Shown one piece after another: positions 30,096 through 43,346 of a DNA stretch of 64,000 bases (positions within the stretch are counted from its first letter, which is position 1; each line of letters starts with the position of its first letter). A program made the translations under genes and the position numbers. This stretch comes from Saccharolobus solfataricus P2 (GTDB lineage: Archaea > Thermoproteota > Thermoprotei_A > Sulfolobales > Sulfolobaceae): NCBI RefSeq assembly GCF_000007005.1, contig NC_002754.1. The stretch is one strand, 5' to 3'. The notes under the pieces were generated by a model, which searched no databases, was not told where the DNA came from, and saw only the letters and a program-made list of their open reading frames with translations.

Positions 30096-30239
30096 TTATA
30101 ATCCCGAAAATGCTTATCACTTTACGTTTAAAAAATTTATGGAAATATACATCGATCATATGTAGACTTTTTTAAAATAGTAATGGCAAAATTTTACAAA
30201 TTAAAATTTAGCCTATCTTCTAATGGAGAAATATCTGGA

Positions 30240-31187
30240 CTATATCTTAACACTTTTATGTACTCCATCATCCATTAAGGCTACACAGTAACTTGCTATT
30301 CTAGCCAATTCCCTTGCCAGTTCTCTGCATTCTATCTTGCTTCCATACACTATCTTGTTTATTTCTTTCATACTTTCCCTTATACTCCTTACGTGATCTA
30401 TATTTTCGTCGAAAAATACTTCTCGAGATTTCTCAAACATATTTACAATGATTTTAATTATGGAATTCAGTTCTTTATCGTTGGATGTGTTTCCACATTC
30501 TGTTATGGCTAGGGATGCGGTTTTTATATGAGATAGCATTCTTCCCATGTCACGCATTGCTATTGCATAGAGTATTAGATCTCTAGTTGGCAAGCCTTTT
30601 ACTACAAATTCCTCCTCTTTCTGTGAGACTAGTGCTATTTCCCTTATTACTGAATTGTATAATTTGTTTAACTCTTCAGCACGGTTTTTCAAATCTATAG
30701 CCATCTCCTTACTAGGATTTTCAATTATCTTTTCCAGATCCTTTAGTAGTACTAGTAATTTACTAGAGAAAGTTTTCATTCTTTCGACCACGTTAGTATT
30801 AACATCATCTTGAACTTTGAACGTAATATAGTTAAAGCTTTCACTCTCAATTGTTAAACCTGGTAAATATAATTGCAAATTTTTTAGCTCATCCTTTATA
30901 GGTGCTGATATTACGGACTTCGATTTTATCTCTATTTCTGAAATCCCTTGCATATAGTATACCGTTATCAAGTATTTGGTAGTTTCTAGATCAATAAGAT
31001 CAAGGTCAATTATCTTTCTAGTAATATAATCCCTTATAGGTTTTATTAATAGCTCTCCATTCTTTTCTATAACAAAAACCTCACTTTTAGCATCTAAGTT
31101 ATTTCTCCTAACCCATTCTGGAGGTAATGTTATTATGTAACTGCCACCTTTAATTTTCTGAATTCTTCTCCTTAGATTCTTCTCCAT
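30240..31187 (-). CDS. AbrB/SpoVT-PhoU family regulator
   Basis: RRIQKIKGGSYIITLPPEWV N-terminus plus two PhoU-like helical repeats. Confidence 0.85.
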   Translation of the reverse strand: MEKNLRRRIQKIKGGSYIITLPPEWVRRNNLDAKSEVFVIEKNGELLIKPIRDYITRKIIDLDLIDLETTKYLITVYYMQGISEIEIKSKSVISAPIKDELKNLQLYLPGLTIESESFNYITFKVQDDVNTNVVERMKTFSSKLLVLLKDLEKIIENPSKEMAIDLKNRAEELNKLYNSVIREIALVSQKEEEFVVKGLPTRDLILYAIAMRDMGRMLSHIKTASLAITECGNTSNDKELNSIIKIIVNMFEKSREVFFDENIDHVRSIRESMKEINKIVYGSKIECRELARELARIASYCVALMDDGVHKSVKI

Positions 31188-31229
31188 TAATATATAAAAA
31201 TTAAAGACCTAATAAAAAGGTTTGTGAAT

Positions 31230-32240
31230 TCAGAATATTGAAGCTACTAAATCATCTTCCTTTAGTTCTATATCTTCATCCCCATTTATCCCAATCTCCG
31301 GCATTGAGGGAACCTTAACGTTAAATCTCTTAACATTACTAGCCACTCTGGCAACAGCTTCTCTCCAAATCCTCTCTCTTTCCTCAATCGTTGGCAATCC
31401 TAAACCAGCGTCAATTGCTAGCTCCTCCATTTTCTCGTGTACCTCTTTGTACCATGGAGGCAATTTCCAGAACTCCTTAGGGGGTTTATAGGTTATTAAA
31501 GATAGGAAGACAAAACCAGCTCTTATCTGTTTAGTTACAAACATCTTCTTCTCTTCATTCATTTTATTTAAGTTATCAGTTAATATTAAGTGTGTAAAAG
31601 CATAATGTCTAGTCTCATCTACAGTTAAATTTCTAAACGCGTCCTTAAATGTGGGTATTTTAGTCTTATCCTTCATTCCACTAAATACTGTTGTAGCCGC
31701 AGCTTCACCCATCATAAAAGATGTAAATAGAATATCCAGAGTGTATTTATTATAAGCTTCAATATAACCTTTCCAATACCTAGAACCGTTCCACCAAACC
31801 CACTCAACGTTTAGCTTAGCCTTCCTTTCCAAATCATCTTGTGGTTTAAAATTAAAGGGAAATCCTTTCATTGCCTTATCTATTGCAAATCCACACAGCA
31901 CATTATGTCTATTCTCATCAAATGTTATCGTCGTTAGGAGGGCTTTTATGGTTACTGGTAATCTTTTTTCACTAGCTTTTACTAATGCGTAAGCGAAAAC
32001 CGGTGTCGCGTTATCGAAGTTAGATAACAGAGCCCACCAATAGGCCAACGCTAATCTCTGTTTTCTATCAAGGCCAGATATTATTTCCTCGTATTTTTTC
32101 CAGTCTAAATCTTCCTCATCCCATTGCTCCTTTTTGGCCCTCCTATAAAGTCTCATAGCTTTCTCGTTATCAAACTCCCATGCGGGTGGATAGACATTAT
32201 CCTCAGGATATATTGGATCATCATTATAATTTATATCCAT
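31230..32240 (-). CDS. Ferritin-like diiron-carboxylate protein (putative oxygenase)
   Basis: LYRRAKKEQWD, FDENRH and VDETRH (two D-E-x-R-H), MGEAAA. Confidence 0.8.
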   Translation of the reverse strand: MDINYNDDPIYPEDNVYPPAWEFDNEKAMRLYRRAKKEQWDEEDLDWKKYEEIISGLDRKQRLALAYWWALLSNFDNATPVFAYALVKASEKRLPVTIKALLTTITFDENRHNVLCGFAIDKAMKGFPFNFKPQDDLERKAKLNVEWVWWNGSRYWKGYIEAYNKYTLDILFTSFMMGEAAATTVFSGMKDKTKIPTFKDAFRNLTVDETRHYAFTHLILTDNLNKMNEEKKMFVTKQIRAGFVFLSLITYKPPKEFWKLPPWYKEVHEKMEELAIDAGLGLPTIEERERIWREAVARVASNVKRFNVKVPSMPEIGINGDEDIELKEDDLVASIF

Positions 32241-32349
32241 GTATCCACCATATATATGTTATTGATTCAAATATATAAGCTTTTCCAGACACTTAAAAAA
32301 AATGAAGATTAAGTAAACTATAAGATAAGAATAGAAATTAGGTTCTCCT

Positions 32350-32715
32350 CTAATTATCCAGATGGTATACTAAAGCAGTAACGTAAGCCACGAGCTTTCC
32401 ATCTTCATTTTTTACAATTATCCTATAAAGGGAAGTAGTTTTTCCGCTGCTTTCCTCAAATGCTTCTGCTATTACTTTCTCTCCTTCTTTTACCGGCCTT
32501 CTAAAATCGATATCCATATGTAAGGCTACTGAATCACGAGAGAAGTTACTAATGTATTCGAAAGCTGCATCAGCGATGGCGAAAATAAAAGAACCATGGG
32601 CGGTGTTATGTAAGTTTAAGAAATCTTTAGCCACAACTCCAGAAACCCTAGCGTAACCTTCCCTTATCTCCTCCAATTCTATGTTAAGAAATTTAAGAAA
32701 AGGACTCTCTTTCAT
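32350..32715 (-). CDS. paaI: PaaI-type hot-dog thioesterase
   Basis: LNLHNTAHGSFIFAIADAAF. Confidence 0.88.
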   Translation of the reverse strand: MKESPFLKFLNIELEEIREGYARVSGVVAKDFLNLHNTAHGSFIFAIADAAFEYISNFSRDSVALHMDIDFRRPVKEGEKVIAEAFEESSGKTTSLYRIIVKNEDGKLVAYVTALVYHLDN

Positions 32716-32718
32716 TAT

Positions 32719-33468
32719 TTAAACTCCCTTAAATTTAGGCTCTCTTTTCTCTTTGAATGATGATATACCTTCCTTAAAGTCCTCAGTTTTTCCTAAATAA
32801 CCTTGTATGGCGGATTCGTACTCTAAAAACCTTTCTAGATCATTATACAATACTAAATTAGCCATTCTCTTTCCAGCAATATAAGACTGGAATGGACCAT
32901 TTAGGATTTTATTAGCCATTTCCTCAGCGTCGTAAAGTGGATTTTCCGATATCTTCAACAATCCCCATCTCTCGGCATCCTCTGCAGTAAATTCCCCTCC
33001 TAGGACAGCAATCTCATAGGCTCTTTGATCTCTAGTCAGCTTCAAAAGGAAGTACGCTACTCCAGTGTCTGAAGCTAATCCAAGTCTTTGAAATGCAGTA
33101 ACGAATTTGACTTCACGCTTAGCGAATTTGAAATCTGTAGATAAGCTTATCCCTATACAAGCTCCAGCTGTAACACCATTTATTGCAGCTATGTAAATTT
33201 TATCTGAAAAACGTATCTCCCTAATTATTGGATAAAACGTCTCCCGTAAGTCTATCGTAAAATCTGGGGCGAACTCATTTACGTCAGCCCCTACGCAGAA
33301 TGCCCTTCCTTCACCAGTCAGTATTACAGTTCTAATTTTCGGATTAGCGTTAATTTCTTTAAGTTTTGATATCAGTTCATTTCTCATTTCCAAGTTCAAC
33401 GCGTTTAATTTATCAGCTCTACTTATTGTAACTACTACGTACCCATCTTTATTATCTACTTTTATCAT
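32719..33468 (-). CDS. Crotonase family protein (PaaG-like isomerase)
   Basis: AFCVGAD, INGVTAGA, DTGVAYFL (Asp in place of the hydratase Glu), EDFKEG. Confidence 0.8.
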   Translation of the reverse strand: MIKVDNKDGYVVVTISRADKLNALNLEMRNELISKLKEINANPKIRTVILTGEGRAFCVGADVNEFAPDFTIDLRETFYPIIREIRFSDKIYIAAINGVTAGACIGISLSTDFKFAKREVKFVTAFQRLGLASDTGVAYFLLKLTRDQRAYEIAVLGGEFTAEDAERWGLLKISENPLYDAEEMANKILNGPFQSYIAGKRMANLVLYNDLERFLEYESAIQGYLGKTEDFKEGISSFKEKREPKFKGV

Positions 33469-34231
33469 TCTCCCACCTAGGTTTTCTCTTCTCTAAAAAC
33501 GCTCTCATACCTTCTTTAGCCTCTTTTGTATTTAAAGCCAAATAGAAATTCCTTCTTTCGAAGTCTAATCCTTGCTGTAGTAAAGTATCCCAGGCTCTAG
33601 CAACTGCCTCTTTAGCTAAAATTATAGATATTATTGGCTTTTCAGCTATTTCCCTCGCTAGTCTAATTGCCTCATCAATTAGTGAGTTATCTGGTACTAC
33701 CTTATTTACTAGTCCATATCTTTCAGCTTCTTTAGAGTCTATTAATTTCCCAGTAAGCACTAGTTCCATTGCCTTATACTTTCCTAATACTCTAGTTAAT
33801 CTCTGAGTACCTCCTGCTCCTGGCATAATACCTAAATTTATTTCTGGTTGACCCAGTTTTGCGGATTCTGAGGCAATTATAATATCACATGCCATTGCTA
33901 ATTCTAGCCCTCCTCCGGCTGTGATACCGTTTAACGCAGCTATAACTGGTTTTTTAAACGTTCTCAACTTTTCCCATAAAGGCATATGACCCTTTTTCAT
34001 TATTTCCTCAAGGGGCGTTTCTAGCATCTCTTTAACGTCTGCCCCTGCCGAAAACGCTTTTCCATTCCCAGTTATTATTACGACTTTAATCTTGTCATCA
34101 TTATCTAACTTGTTCAAGACATCAACTAATTCATCAACCATTTGGAAGTTGATTGCATTTAACTTATCTGGTCTGTTAAGTTTTATAATTCCTATATTAT
34201 CTATAACTTCTATTTGTATTGTACTATACAT
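33452..34231 (-). CDS. Enoyl-CoA hydratase (PaaF-like)
   Basis: AFSAGAD, GGGLELAMACD, PEINLGIMPGAGGTQRL; ATG 34231 preferred. Confidence 0.9.
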   Translation of the reverse strand: MYSTIQIEVIDNIGIIKLNRPDKLNAINFQMVDELVDVLNKLDNDDKIKVVIITGNGKAFSAGADVKEMLETPLEEIMKKGHMPLWEKLRTFKKPVIAALNGITAGGGLELAMACDIIIASESAKLGQPEINLGIMPGAGGTQRLTRVLGKYKAMELVLTGKLIDSKEAERYGLVNKVVPDNSLIDEAIRLAREIAEKPIISIILAKEAVARAWDTLLQQGLDFERRNFYLALNTKEAKEGMRAFLEKRKPRWENDKSR

Positions 34232-34313
34232 ATATATGTAATTCACCTGCATATAGTACTATTCGCAAAAGTTTATATAGTTTAGTATTGTAAGAAATCA
34301 TGGTTAATCCAAT

Positions 34314-35477
34314 ATGACAAGAAGGGTAGCTGTAATAGGAGTAGGTAATTCGAAGTTCGGGAGAAGAGATGACGTTTCTATTCAAGAGTTAGCCTGGGAA
34401 TCTATTAAAGAAGCGTTGAATGATAGTGGTGTATCTCAAAGTGATATAGGACTAGTGGTTATAGGTAGCACTGCCTATAGAGGTATTGAATTATACCCTG
34501 CTCCAATCGTTGCTGAGTATTCTGGACTAACAGGCAAAGTTCCTCTACGCGTTGAGGCAATGTGCGCTACAGGATTAGCTGCAGCCTTATCCGCATATAC
34601 TGCAGTAGCTTCAGGTTTAGTTGATATTGCTATGGCAGTAGGAGTTGATAAGATGACTGAAGTTGACACCTCAACATCGTTAGCAATAGGCGGAAGAGGG
34701 GGTAATTATCAGTGGGAATATCATTTCTATGGGACCACATTCCCAACTTATTACGCACTTTATGCAACAAGACATATGGCAGTTTTTGGCACAACTGAGG
34801 AGCAAATGGCTCTAGTTTCGGTAAAGGCGCATAAGTATGGTTCAATGAACCCTAAAGCTCACTTTCAAAAACCGGTTACCGTAGAAGAAGTTCTCAAGTC
34901 CAGAGTAATCTCTTGGCCAATAAAGTTACTTGACTCTTGTCCAATAAGTGATGGTTCCGCCACTGCAGTATTTGCATCGGAGGAGAAAGTGAAGGAGTTG
35001 AAGATTGATTCTCCAGTTTGGATAACTGGAATTGGTTATGCGAATGATTACGCTTATGTTGCAAGAAGAGGAGAATGGGTGGGATTTAAGGCAACTCAGT
35101 TAGCTGCAAGGCAAGCTTATGAGATGGCTAAGGTAACTCCTAATGATATAGAAGTAGCTACGGTACATGACGCGTTTACAATAGCTGAGATAATGGGATA
35201 TGAGGATTTAGGTTTTACCGAAAAGGGAAAAGGAGGCAAGTTTATAGAAGAGGGGCAAAGCGAGAAAGGTGGAAAAGTAGGAGTAAATCTATTTGGTGGT
35301 CTAAAAGCTAAGGGGCATCCATTAGGAGCTACTGGACTTTCTATGATTTATGAGATAACTAAACAATTGAGAGATGAAGCTGACAAATTACAACAACCCC
35401 TTAAGAAGTATATTGGGCTTGTTCACAATGTAGGTGGCACAGGTCACTTTGCATATGTTATGATTCTAAGAAGGTGA
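34314..35477 (+). CDS. acaB: Thiolase (SCP-x/archaeal acetyl-CoA acetyltransferase type)
   Basis: RVEAMCATG, HDAFT, KGHPLGATG, HNVGG. Confidence 0.92.
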   Translation: MTRRVAVIGVGNSKFGRRDDVSIQELAWESIKEALNDSGVSQSDIGLVVIGSTAYRGIELYPAPIVAEYSGLTGKVPLRVEAMCATGLAAALSAYTAVASGLVDIAMAVGVDKMTEVDTSTSLAIGGRGGNYQWEYHFYGTTFPTYYALYATRHMAVFGTTEEQMALVSVKAHKYGSMNPKAHFQKPVTVEEVLKSRVISWPIKLLDSCPISDGSATAVFASEEKVKELKIDSPVWITGIGYANDYAYVARRGEWVGFKATQLAARQAYEMAKVTPNDIEVATVHDAFTIAEIMGYEDLGFTEKGKGGKFIEEGQSEKGGKVGVNLFGGLKAKGHPLGATGLSMIYEITKQLRDEADKLQQPLKKYIGLVHNVGGTGHFAYVMILRR

Positions 35478-35483
35478 CCTTAG

Positions 35484-35870
35484 ATGCAAATAGATGCAAT
35501 ACCGTTATCAATAAAATATAAGATCAAATACCCGGACGAATTTATTGAAGCAGTTAAGAGGGGAGAAATTGTAGCTACCAAATGTAAAAATTGTGGTTCC
35601 GTTTACTTTCCCCCTCAAAAGGATTGTTATAACTGTGGTAAGAATGAGATGGAGTGGATTAAAGTATCTAATGAGGGTGAAATAATGACTTATAGTGTAG
35701 TATCTCAGAAACCTCAAGGTTTCGAAAATTATGAAGACTACGTTATAGGGATAGTCAAGACAAAGGATGGGATAAATATAATGGCATGGATTAAAGGCCA
35801 ACCTAAGGTCGGTAATAAAGTAAGACTGACTACAGATGGTATGAGGATAATTGGCGAGGTGATAAGATGA
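35484..35870 (+). CDS. Zn-ribbon/OB-fold thiolase partner (DUF35)
   Basis: KCKNCGSVYFPPQKDCYNC followed by an OB fold. Confidence 0.9.
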   Translation: MQIDAIPLSIKYKIKYPDEFIEAVKRGEIVATKCKNCGSVYFPPQKDCYNCGKNEMEWIKVSNEGEIMTYSVVSQKPQGFENYEDYVIGIVKTKDGINIMAWIKGQPKVGNKVRLTTDGMRIIGEVIR

Positions 35871-37173
35871 GCGTTAAGTTAACTTATAATGAGATAGATC
35901 CCAAGGCATTAACTAAGGAAGAGATTAAAGAGATCCAGCGATTTAGACTTAGGGGTTTAATTAAAAGAGTTTATGAGAGCTCACCCTACTATCATAAGGT
36001 GTTTAAAGAAAGGGGATTAACGCCAGATGATATAAGAACTCTAGAGGATTTAGTTAAACTTCCTTTCACCACTAAGGAAGATTTAAGGAGATACGCTTAT
36101 CACATGGTGGCGATTTCTTAGCAGTTCCCTTTGGAAATTTAGTAGGATGGCATATGACATCAGGAACGACAGGAGTTCCCACAGTAAACGCTTATACTTG
36201 GAGCGATATTGAAATATGGACAAGCCTCGTAGCAAGAAGTCTAGTCACTGCTGGAGTTACAAAGAATGATATTGTTATGAACATTTATGGGTACGGGTTA
36301 TTCACTGGTGGGATTGGCTTACATCAAGGTATCCAGAGAATAGGGGCTAAGGTGATACCGTGGAGTACTGGCAGAACTGAAGCTTTAGCTCGGGCACTAA
36401 AGGACTTTAAAGCTACTGTAATAACTGGTACTCCATCTTACGAATTGCTAATAGCTGAAACTTTACGCAAACTAAACATAGATGCTGAGAAGGAATTGCA
36501 ACTTAGATTAGCAATCCCCGGTGCTGAAGCAATGTCAAAAGAGATGTTGGAGAGAATTGAGCACGAATTAGGACTAAAGGCTAGAGAAGGAAGGGCATTA
36601 GAAATTTATGGTTTAACCGAGGCTTTAGGGCCAGGAGTTGCACAAGAGTGTCCAGACGATAATCACGAATGGCTACATATATGGACTGATCATTATTTGG
36701 TTGAGATTATTGATCCAGAGACCGGTGAGAGAATTTCTGAAGATGAAGAAGGGGAAATGGTTATAACTACTCTCAGTAAGGAAGGGATGCCGTTAATTAG
36801 ATATAGAACGAGAGATATTACTAGACTTATTGAAAGTGATGATGAAATACCGTTTCCTAAAATAGGAATGTTAAAAGGGAGAGTAGATGATGTGATATTC
36901 TATAAAGGTGTGAAAGTATTCCCAACTGCTATATCGAATGTTTTAATGTCTTGCGAGGAGGTAAAAGAGTTTCAAATAGTAGTAGATAAGACTAATAGGG
37001 AGCATAGATTAATAGTTAGAGTAGAAACTGAAAAACCGTCAGAAAAATTAGCTGAAAAACTGATAGAAGAAATTAGAACAGTAGCATTTGTAACGCCTGA
37101 GGTGGAGTTTGTGAGTTTAGGCACACTGCCTAGATTTGAGGGTAAGTCTAAGAGGGTAGTTATTAAAGAGTAA
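35867..37173 (+). pseudogene. paaK: Phenylacetate-CoA ligase-like gene split by a 1-nt frameshift at about 36101
   Basis: ORF1 ends LPFTTKEDLRRYAY; the other frame continues HGGDFLAVPFGNLVGWHMTSGTTG; PLIRYRTRD, GRVDD intact downstream. Confidence 0.8.
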
Positions 37174-37229
37174 ATTTATAGTAAACAAGAATAGTTAATT
37201 TTTAAAACTAGTTAAGAGAAATAAGAAAC

Positions 37230-37592
37230 ATGGCTAAGCTTCTTTTCGTGATAATGGACGATCCAAACAATTTGTCTGAATCCATAAGAGCTGCTCACGC
37301 CTTACACTACGCAGTAGAGCTTAAGAAGGAAGGGCACGAGGTTTACGTTTATTTTGACGGGCTAGGTACCAAAATACCAATATCCGAAAGTCCTTATAAG
37401 GGATTACGACCAGCCTATGAGAGAGCATTAAAAGAGGAAATCATATTAGGTGCATGTGGTTATTGTGCATCTCCACCTCATTTGAATATTAGAGATAAAC
37501 TAATTAATTCAATAAAACTAATTGGAGATGAGGAGCATCATTACGCTTTTATTGATTTAATTAACGGAGGTTTCCAGATTATAATTTCATGA
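37230..37592 (+). CDS. DsrE-like protein
   Basis: VYFDGLG, ACGYCA. Confidence 0.8.
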   Translation: MAKLLFVIMDDPNNLSESIRAAHALHYAVELKKEGHEVYVYFDGLGTKIPISESPYKGLRPAYERALKEEIILGACGYCASPPHLNIRDKLINSIKLIGDEEHHYAFIDLINGGFQIIIS

Positions 37593-37761
37593 TGTAGTTT
37601 TGTGTATAATTATATACAGTATAGACATACTTTAATTTTAAAACATTTGTAATTTTAGGTATAACTAAATTAAGTAATAACATTCTTGAAAAAATATATT
37701 GTTGAAATAAACGTAATATTTATAAAGTATGAATGTAACATAGAATATAGGTGAGTAAAAA

Positions 37762-37995
37762 GTGAGTAGTCTTAAGATATATAAGGAATTGGATTTGACT
37801 AGTTCTTCGTGTGCTGGGCCTATTGGTGAGTTGTCCAGTGTTATTGATGAGTTGAGGGATGGCGAGGCTGTTAAGGTCATTTTGGGTGATGAGGCCACTA
37901 AGAAGGACATTACTTTGTGGAGTAAGAAGAAGGGCTTGAAAATAGTACAAGAGTCGCAAGAGGGAAGCAAGTACGTATTATTAATAAGCAAATAG
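37762..37995 (+). CDS. tusA: TusA/SirA sulfur carrier
   Basis: LDLTSSSCAGPI, DITLWSKKKG; GTG start. Confidence 0.85.
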   Translation: MSSLKIYKELDLTSSSCAGPIGELSSVIDELRDGEAVKVILGDEATKKDITLWSKKKGLKIVQESQEGSKYVLLISK

Positions 37996-38007
37996 GAGAT
38001 GAGGTAA

Positions 38008-39165
<1,158 letters not shown>

Positions 39166-39166
39166 C

Positions 39167-40674
<1,508 letters not shown>

Positions 40675-40743
40675 GTTTTTTTCCTAATTTTTCTAACTCT
40701 ATTGATCACAAAATATTTAAGAAATGTTTTGAAATAGAGGCTT

Positions 40744-41097
40744 ATGAGAATAGCTTTAACATATGATAAGTCCCAAGAATTAAAACCTTTAGATCAAGCG
40801 GAAATTATAGGGATAATTGATGAGGAGAAAAGGGAAGTTGAACAATATGAGAACCCTGGAATAGGTAGTAAGGAAGCTACGATGTCAGTAATTCTGGATT
40901 TAAATGCAGATGCAATAGTGGTAGGTCCAAAGTTCTTGTGTCCAGGTTCTTATATGATGTCATATGGTAGACTAAGATACATTCCTACAAAGTATGGGAA
41001 TCTCAAGGATGTATTAGAGCATTTAGAGGAGATAAAGAAGAACATGAAGGAAGAATTGGAAGAAGAAATGTATGCAGAAGAAATGGAAGAGTTTTAA
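40744..41097 (+). CDS. NifB/NifX-like (dinitrogenase FeMo-co domain) small protein
   Basis: MRIAL, YENP, ILDLNADAIVVG..LCPGSY; acidic tail. Confidence 0.55.
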   Translation: MRIALTYDKSQELKPLDQAEIIGIIDEEKREVEQYENPGIGSKEATMSVILDLNADAIVVGPKFLCPGSYMMSYGRLRYIPTKYGNLKDVLEHLEEIKKNMKEELEEEMYAEEMEEF

Positions 41098-41330
41098 TCG
41101 TTAAATAATTTGTAGCATTCGTCTATCTCATATACGGAGTATATTCTTTCTCGTGCATCATCTAAACAAGGTAATGTTTTTATTAGACCTTTTTCCCTAA
41201 GTATTCTTAGCGCGTATCTTAACGTGCGTGTTGGTAATTTAGTTTGATCTTGTAATTCTTTGAATCTAATCACCTTCTTTTCCAATATAACCTTCAATAC
41301 AAGTTTTGCTGAGGGCGGGAGTTTTTCCAC
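41094..41330 (-). CDS. Winged-HTH transcription regulator
   Basis: LPPSAKLVL, TLRYALRILREKGLI. Confidence 0.85.
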   Translation of the reverse strand: MEKLPPSAKLVLKVILEKKVIRFKELQDQTKLPTRTLRYALRILREKGLIKTLPCLDDARERIYSVYEIDECYKLFND

Positions 41331-41386
41331 ATTTTATCTTTTTACTCATATTTCTTAAGACTTTCGCTATGTGCAAATAAGTAGTT

Positions 41387-41809
41387 TTATCCCAAATTTT
41401 TGGTTAGTAACTTATACCACAATGTACCATTATCATCCATTCCTTTTTCAATTTCATAACCCATTATCATCCATAATTCTATTCCACCTAACATATTGTA
41501 GACTTTTACTTCTTTAAATAAAGAAGGTTCAGTATAAACAAGCCATGTGGATCTATTGGCGTGTTCGCATATAATTGCTACACCATTTTTAACTAAATTA
41601 TTTTTGCTTAATACCAACGGAAATAACTCTTTAAAGTAGTCTAAAGGTAGTAATATTGACCCTGGTATATGATGGTCTTCGTATTCCCAAGGTTGCCTGA
41701 CATCAATTAGCGTAATTGCCTTATTCTTGACTAGTTTCCTAATTACTGATGGTGGTACGTTTTGTATGTTTGGATAAAAAGGAGACCTTCTCTCGGTTAT
41801 TAACATCAT
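41387..41809 (-). CDS. Single-domain rhodanese
   Basis: IDVRQPWEYEDHHIPGS, active-site CEHANRS, NMLGG. Confidence 0.88.
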   Translation of the reverse strand: MMLITERRSPFYPNIQNVPPSVIRKLVKNKAITLIDVRQPWEYEDHHIPGSILLPLDYFKELFPLVLSKNNLVKNGVAIICEHANRSTWLVYTEPSLFKEVKVYNMLGGIELWMIMGYEIEKGMDDNGTLWYKLLTKNLG

Positions 41810-41948
41810 AATCTAAACCTTTTATTGAGAATTTAAATTTGTTGAAATTTTAGATCTTCAAAACTACTTTTATTTAAAATGAAATTTACAAAAAATGCAT
41901 AAACATTATGATAGCTAACTTTTTATTTTCTTAGGAGAATATGCTAAC

Positions 41949-43346
41949 TTGATGGCTATTGATAAGCTGATTGATAAATTTAGAGTTAATTTAGATAAGT
42001 ACAAAAAAATGGGATTGAATCCGCTATCGCTTGCTACAGGATGTGCAGTAAAAGTAGATTTAATAGACACAGTTTACCCAGCTATACGGAAGATAAGAGA
42101 CGAATTGGTGAAAAGAAATATAGAAATATTACCTAGAGAAGATGCTGACATTTTCGTAAGTAGAGAGAAGATTTACATAAAGAGAGTGATTAACGGCGGA
42201 GAGTTTGACGCAGATAGAGCCGTTAGCCTTATTCAGGTTAACCAAGAGACATCAGGGAATCCTGATAAGTTTGCTGAGTTCCTATTGAAAGTTTACACTT
42301 CGATAAAAACTACTAGAAAGCTCACAATAGGTAAAGGTCATTCAATAGTTACCTCAAATCCTAAGGGTGAAGTGGCAGTATTAGATCTATTCAGACTAGA
42401 AGGAGGAAAGGAGAGATCTTACACTGTTGCAAATAACGACACTATTCAAATAGTAGATCCTTTGGATGACCCTGGATCTCAGATGCAAGTTGATGTGGCT
42501 ATTTCCAATTCTTTAAATGACCTTTTTACTAAGGGTGTTTTTCAAGATTTAAGGATGATTCCGGTCGTTGATGCTCCAATGGATGATCTAAAGGAACAAT
42601 TGCTGAAAAACGCTGAAAATTATTCTAGGGAATATTCAATTGAATTATTAAGCGATGTTCAACCTAATTCCAAAACATTAATGATAGGAGCTACTGTAAT
42701 AGGTAAGTCCGATCATGAATTACCAACATATTACAATAGGGTTAATGAAAACATGGAAATCCTAGTGACCAGACCAGTTGGTGAATTAACGCCAATAAAT
42801 GTGTTTATGTGGATGCTGACTGTTCCCGAGTTAATAGAAGATATGGAAGCTAGGGGAATTACTATACAGAGAGTAGAAGAAGCTAAGAGAAAAGCCCTAA
42901 TGTACATGAGGAAACCTAATAATGAAGTAGCTAAAATTATATACGATCATCTACCACCCTTTGGAGGCTCATTTGACGAAAATTCTCATATAGCCATGAC
43001 TACTGATGTTACCGGTCCAGGATTATTTGTAATAAAGGAATTTGCTGAAAAGGCACAAGTAGATGTGGAGTTGTTTGATATCCCAGTAATAGATCCGGAT
43101 ATACATGAGTTCGCCACCGAGAATTTTATCATACCAAATTCTACTGCAGGGACAAACGGAGCCATAGTTATTTTCGCTCATAAGAGAGTTATAGATGAAA
43201 TTTTCGATGAATTGAAAAGGAAGTCGCAAGAACCTTATATCATAGGTAAGGTTACTGGGAAAGGAAATGGTACCGTTATAGTCCCACCAACTATTACAAA
43301 GTACATTCATAGAAATAATGTGTTAAGACAGTTCAAAATAAGGTGA
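41949..43346 (+). CDS. SelD-like (AIRS/PurM fold) protein
   Basis: TGCAVK (C-x-x-K as in SelD), [14 protein letters not shown]; the Cys codon is TGT, not TGA. Confidence 0.82.
   Translation: MMAIDKLIDKFRVNLDKYKKMGLNPLSLATGCAVKVDLIDTVYPAIRKIRDELVKRNIEILPREDADIFVSREKIYIKRVINGGEFDADRAVSLIQVNQETSGNPDKFAEFLLKVYTSIKTTRKLTIGKGHSIVTSNPKGEVAVLDLFRLEGGKERSYTVANNDTIQIVDPLDDPGSQMQVDVAISNSLNDLFTKGVFQDLRMIPVVDAPMDDLKEQLLKNAENYSREYSIELLSDVQPNSKTLMIGATVIGKSDHELPTYYNRVNENMEILVTRPVGELTPINVFMWMLTVPELIEDMEARGITIQRVEEAKRKALMYMRKPNNEVAKIIYDHLPPFGGSFDENSHIAMTTDVTGPGLFVIKEFAEKAQVDVELFDIPVIDPDIHEFATENFIIPNSTAGTNGAIVIFAHKRVIDEIFDELKRKSQEPYIIGKVTGKGNGTVIVPPTITKYIHRNNVLRQFKIR

Noticed and set aside
36095-36125. Programmed -1 frameshifting in paaK
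   Set aside because: No slippery heptamer or obvious downstream structure; a simple deletion explains it
37610-37625. TGTATA-N4-TATACA palindrome upstream of tusA
   Set aside because: Only 6-bp arms in a very AT-rich spacer and not repeated elsewhere; cannot be separated from chance
41949-43346. Selenocysteine-containing SelD
   Set aside because: The catalytic position is TGT (Cys), and there is no in-frame TGA
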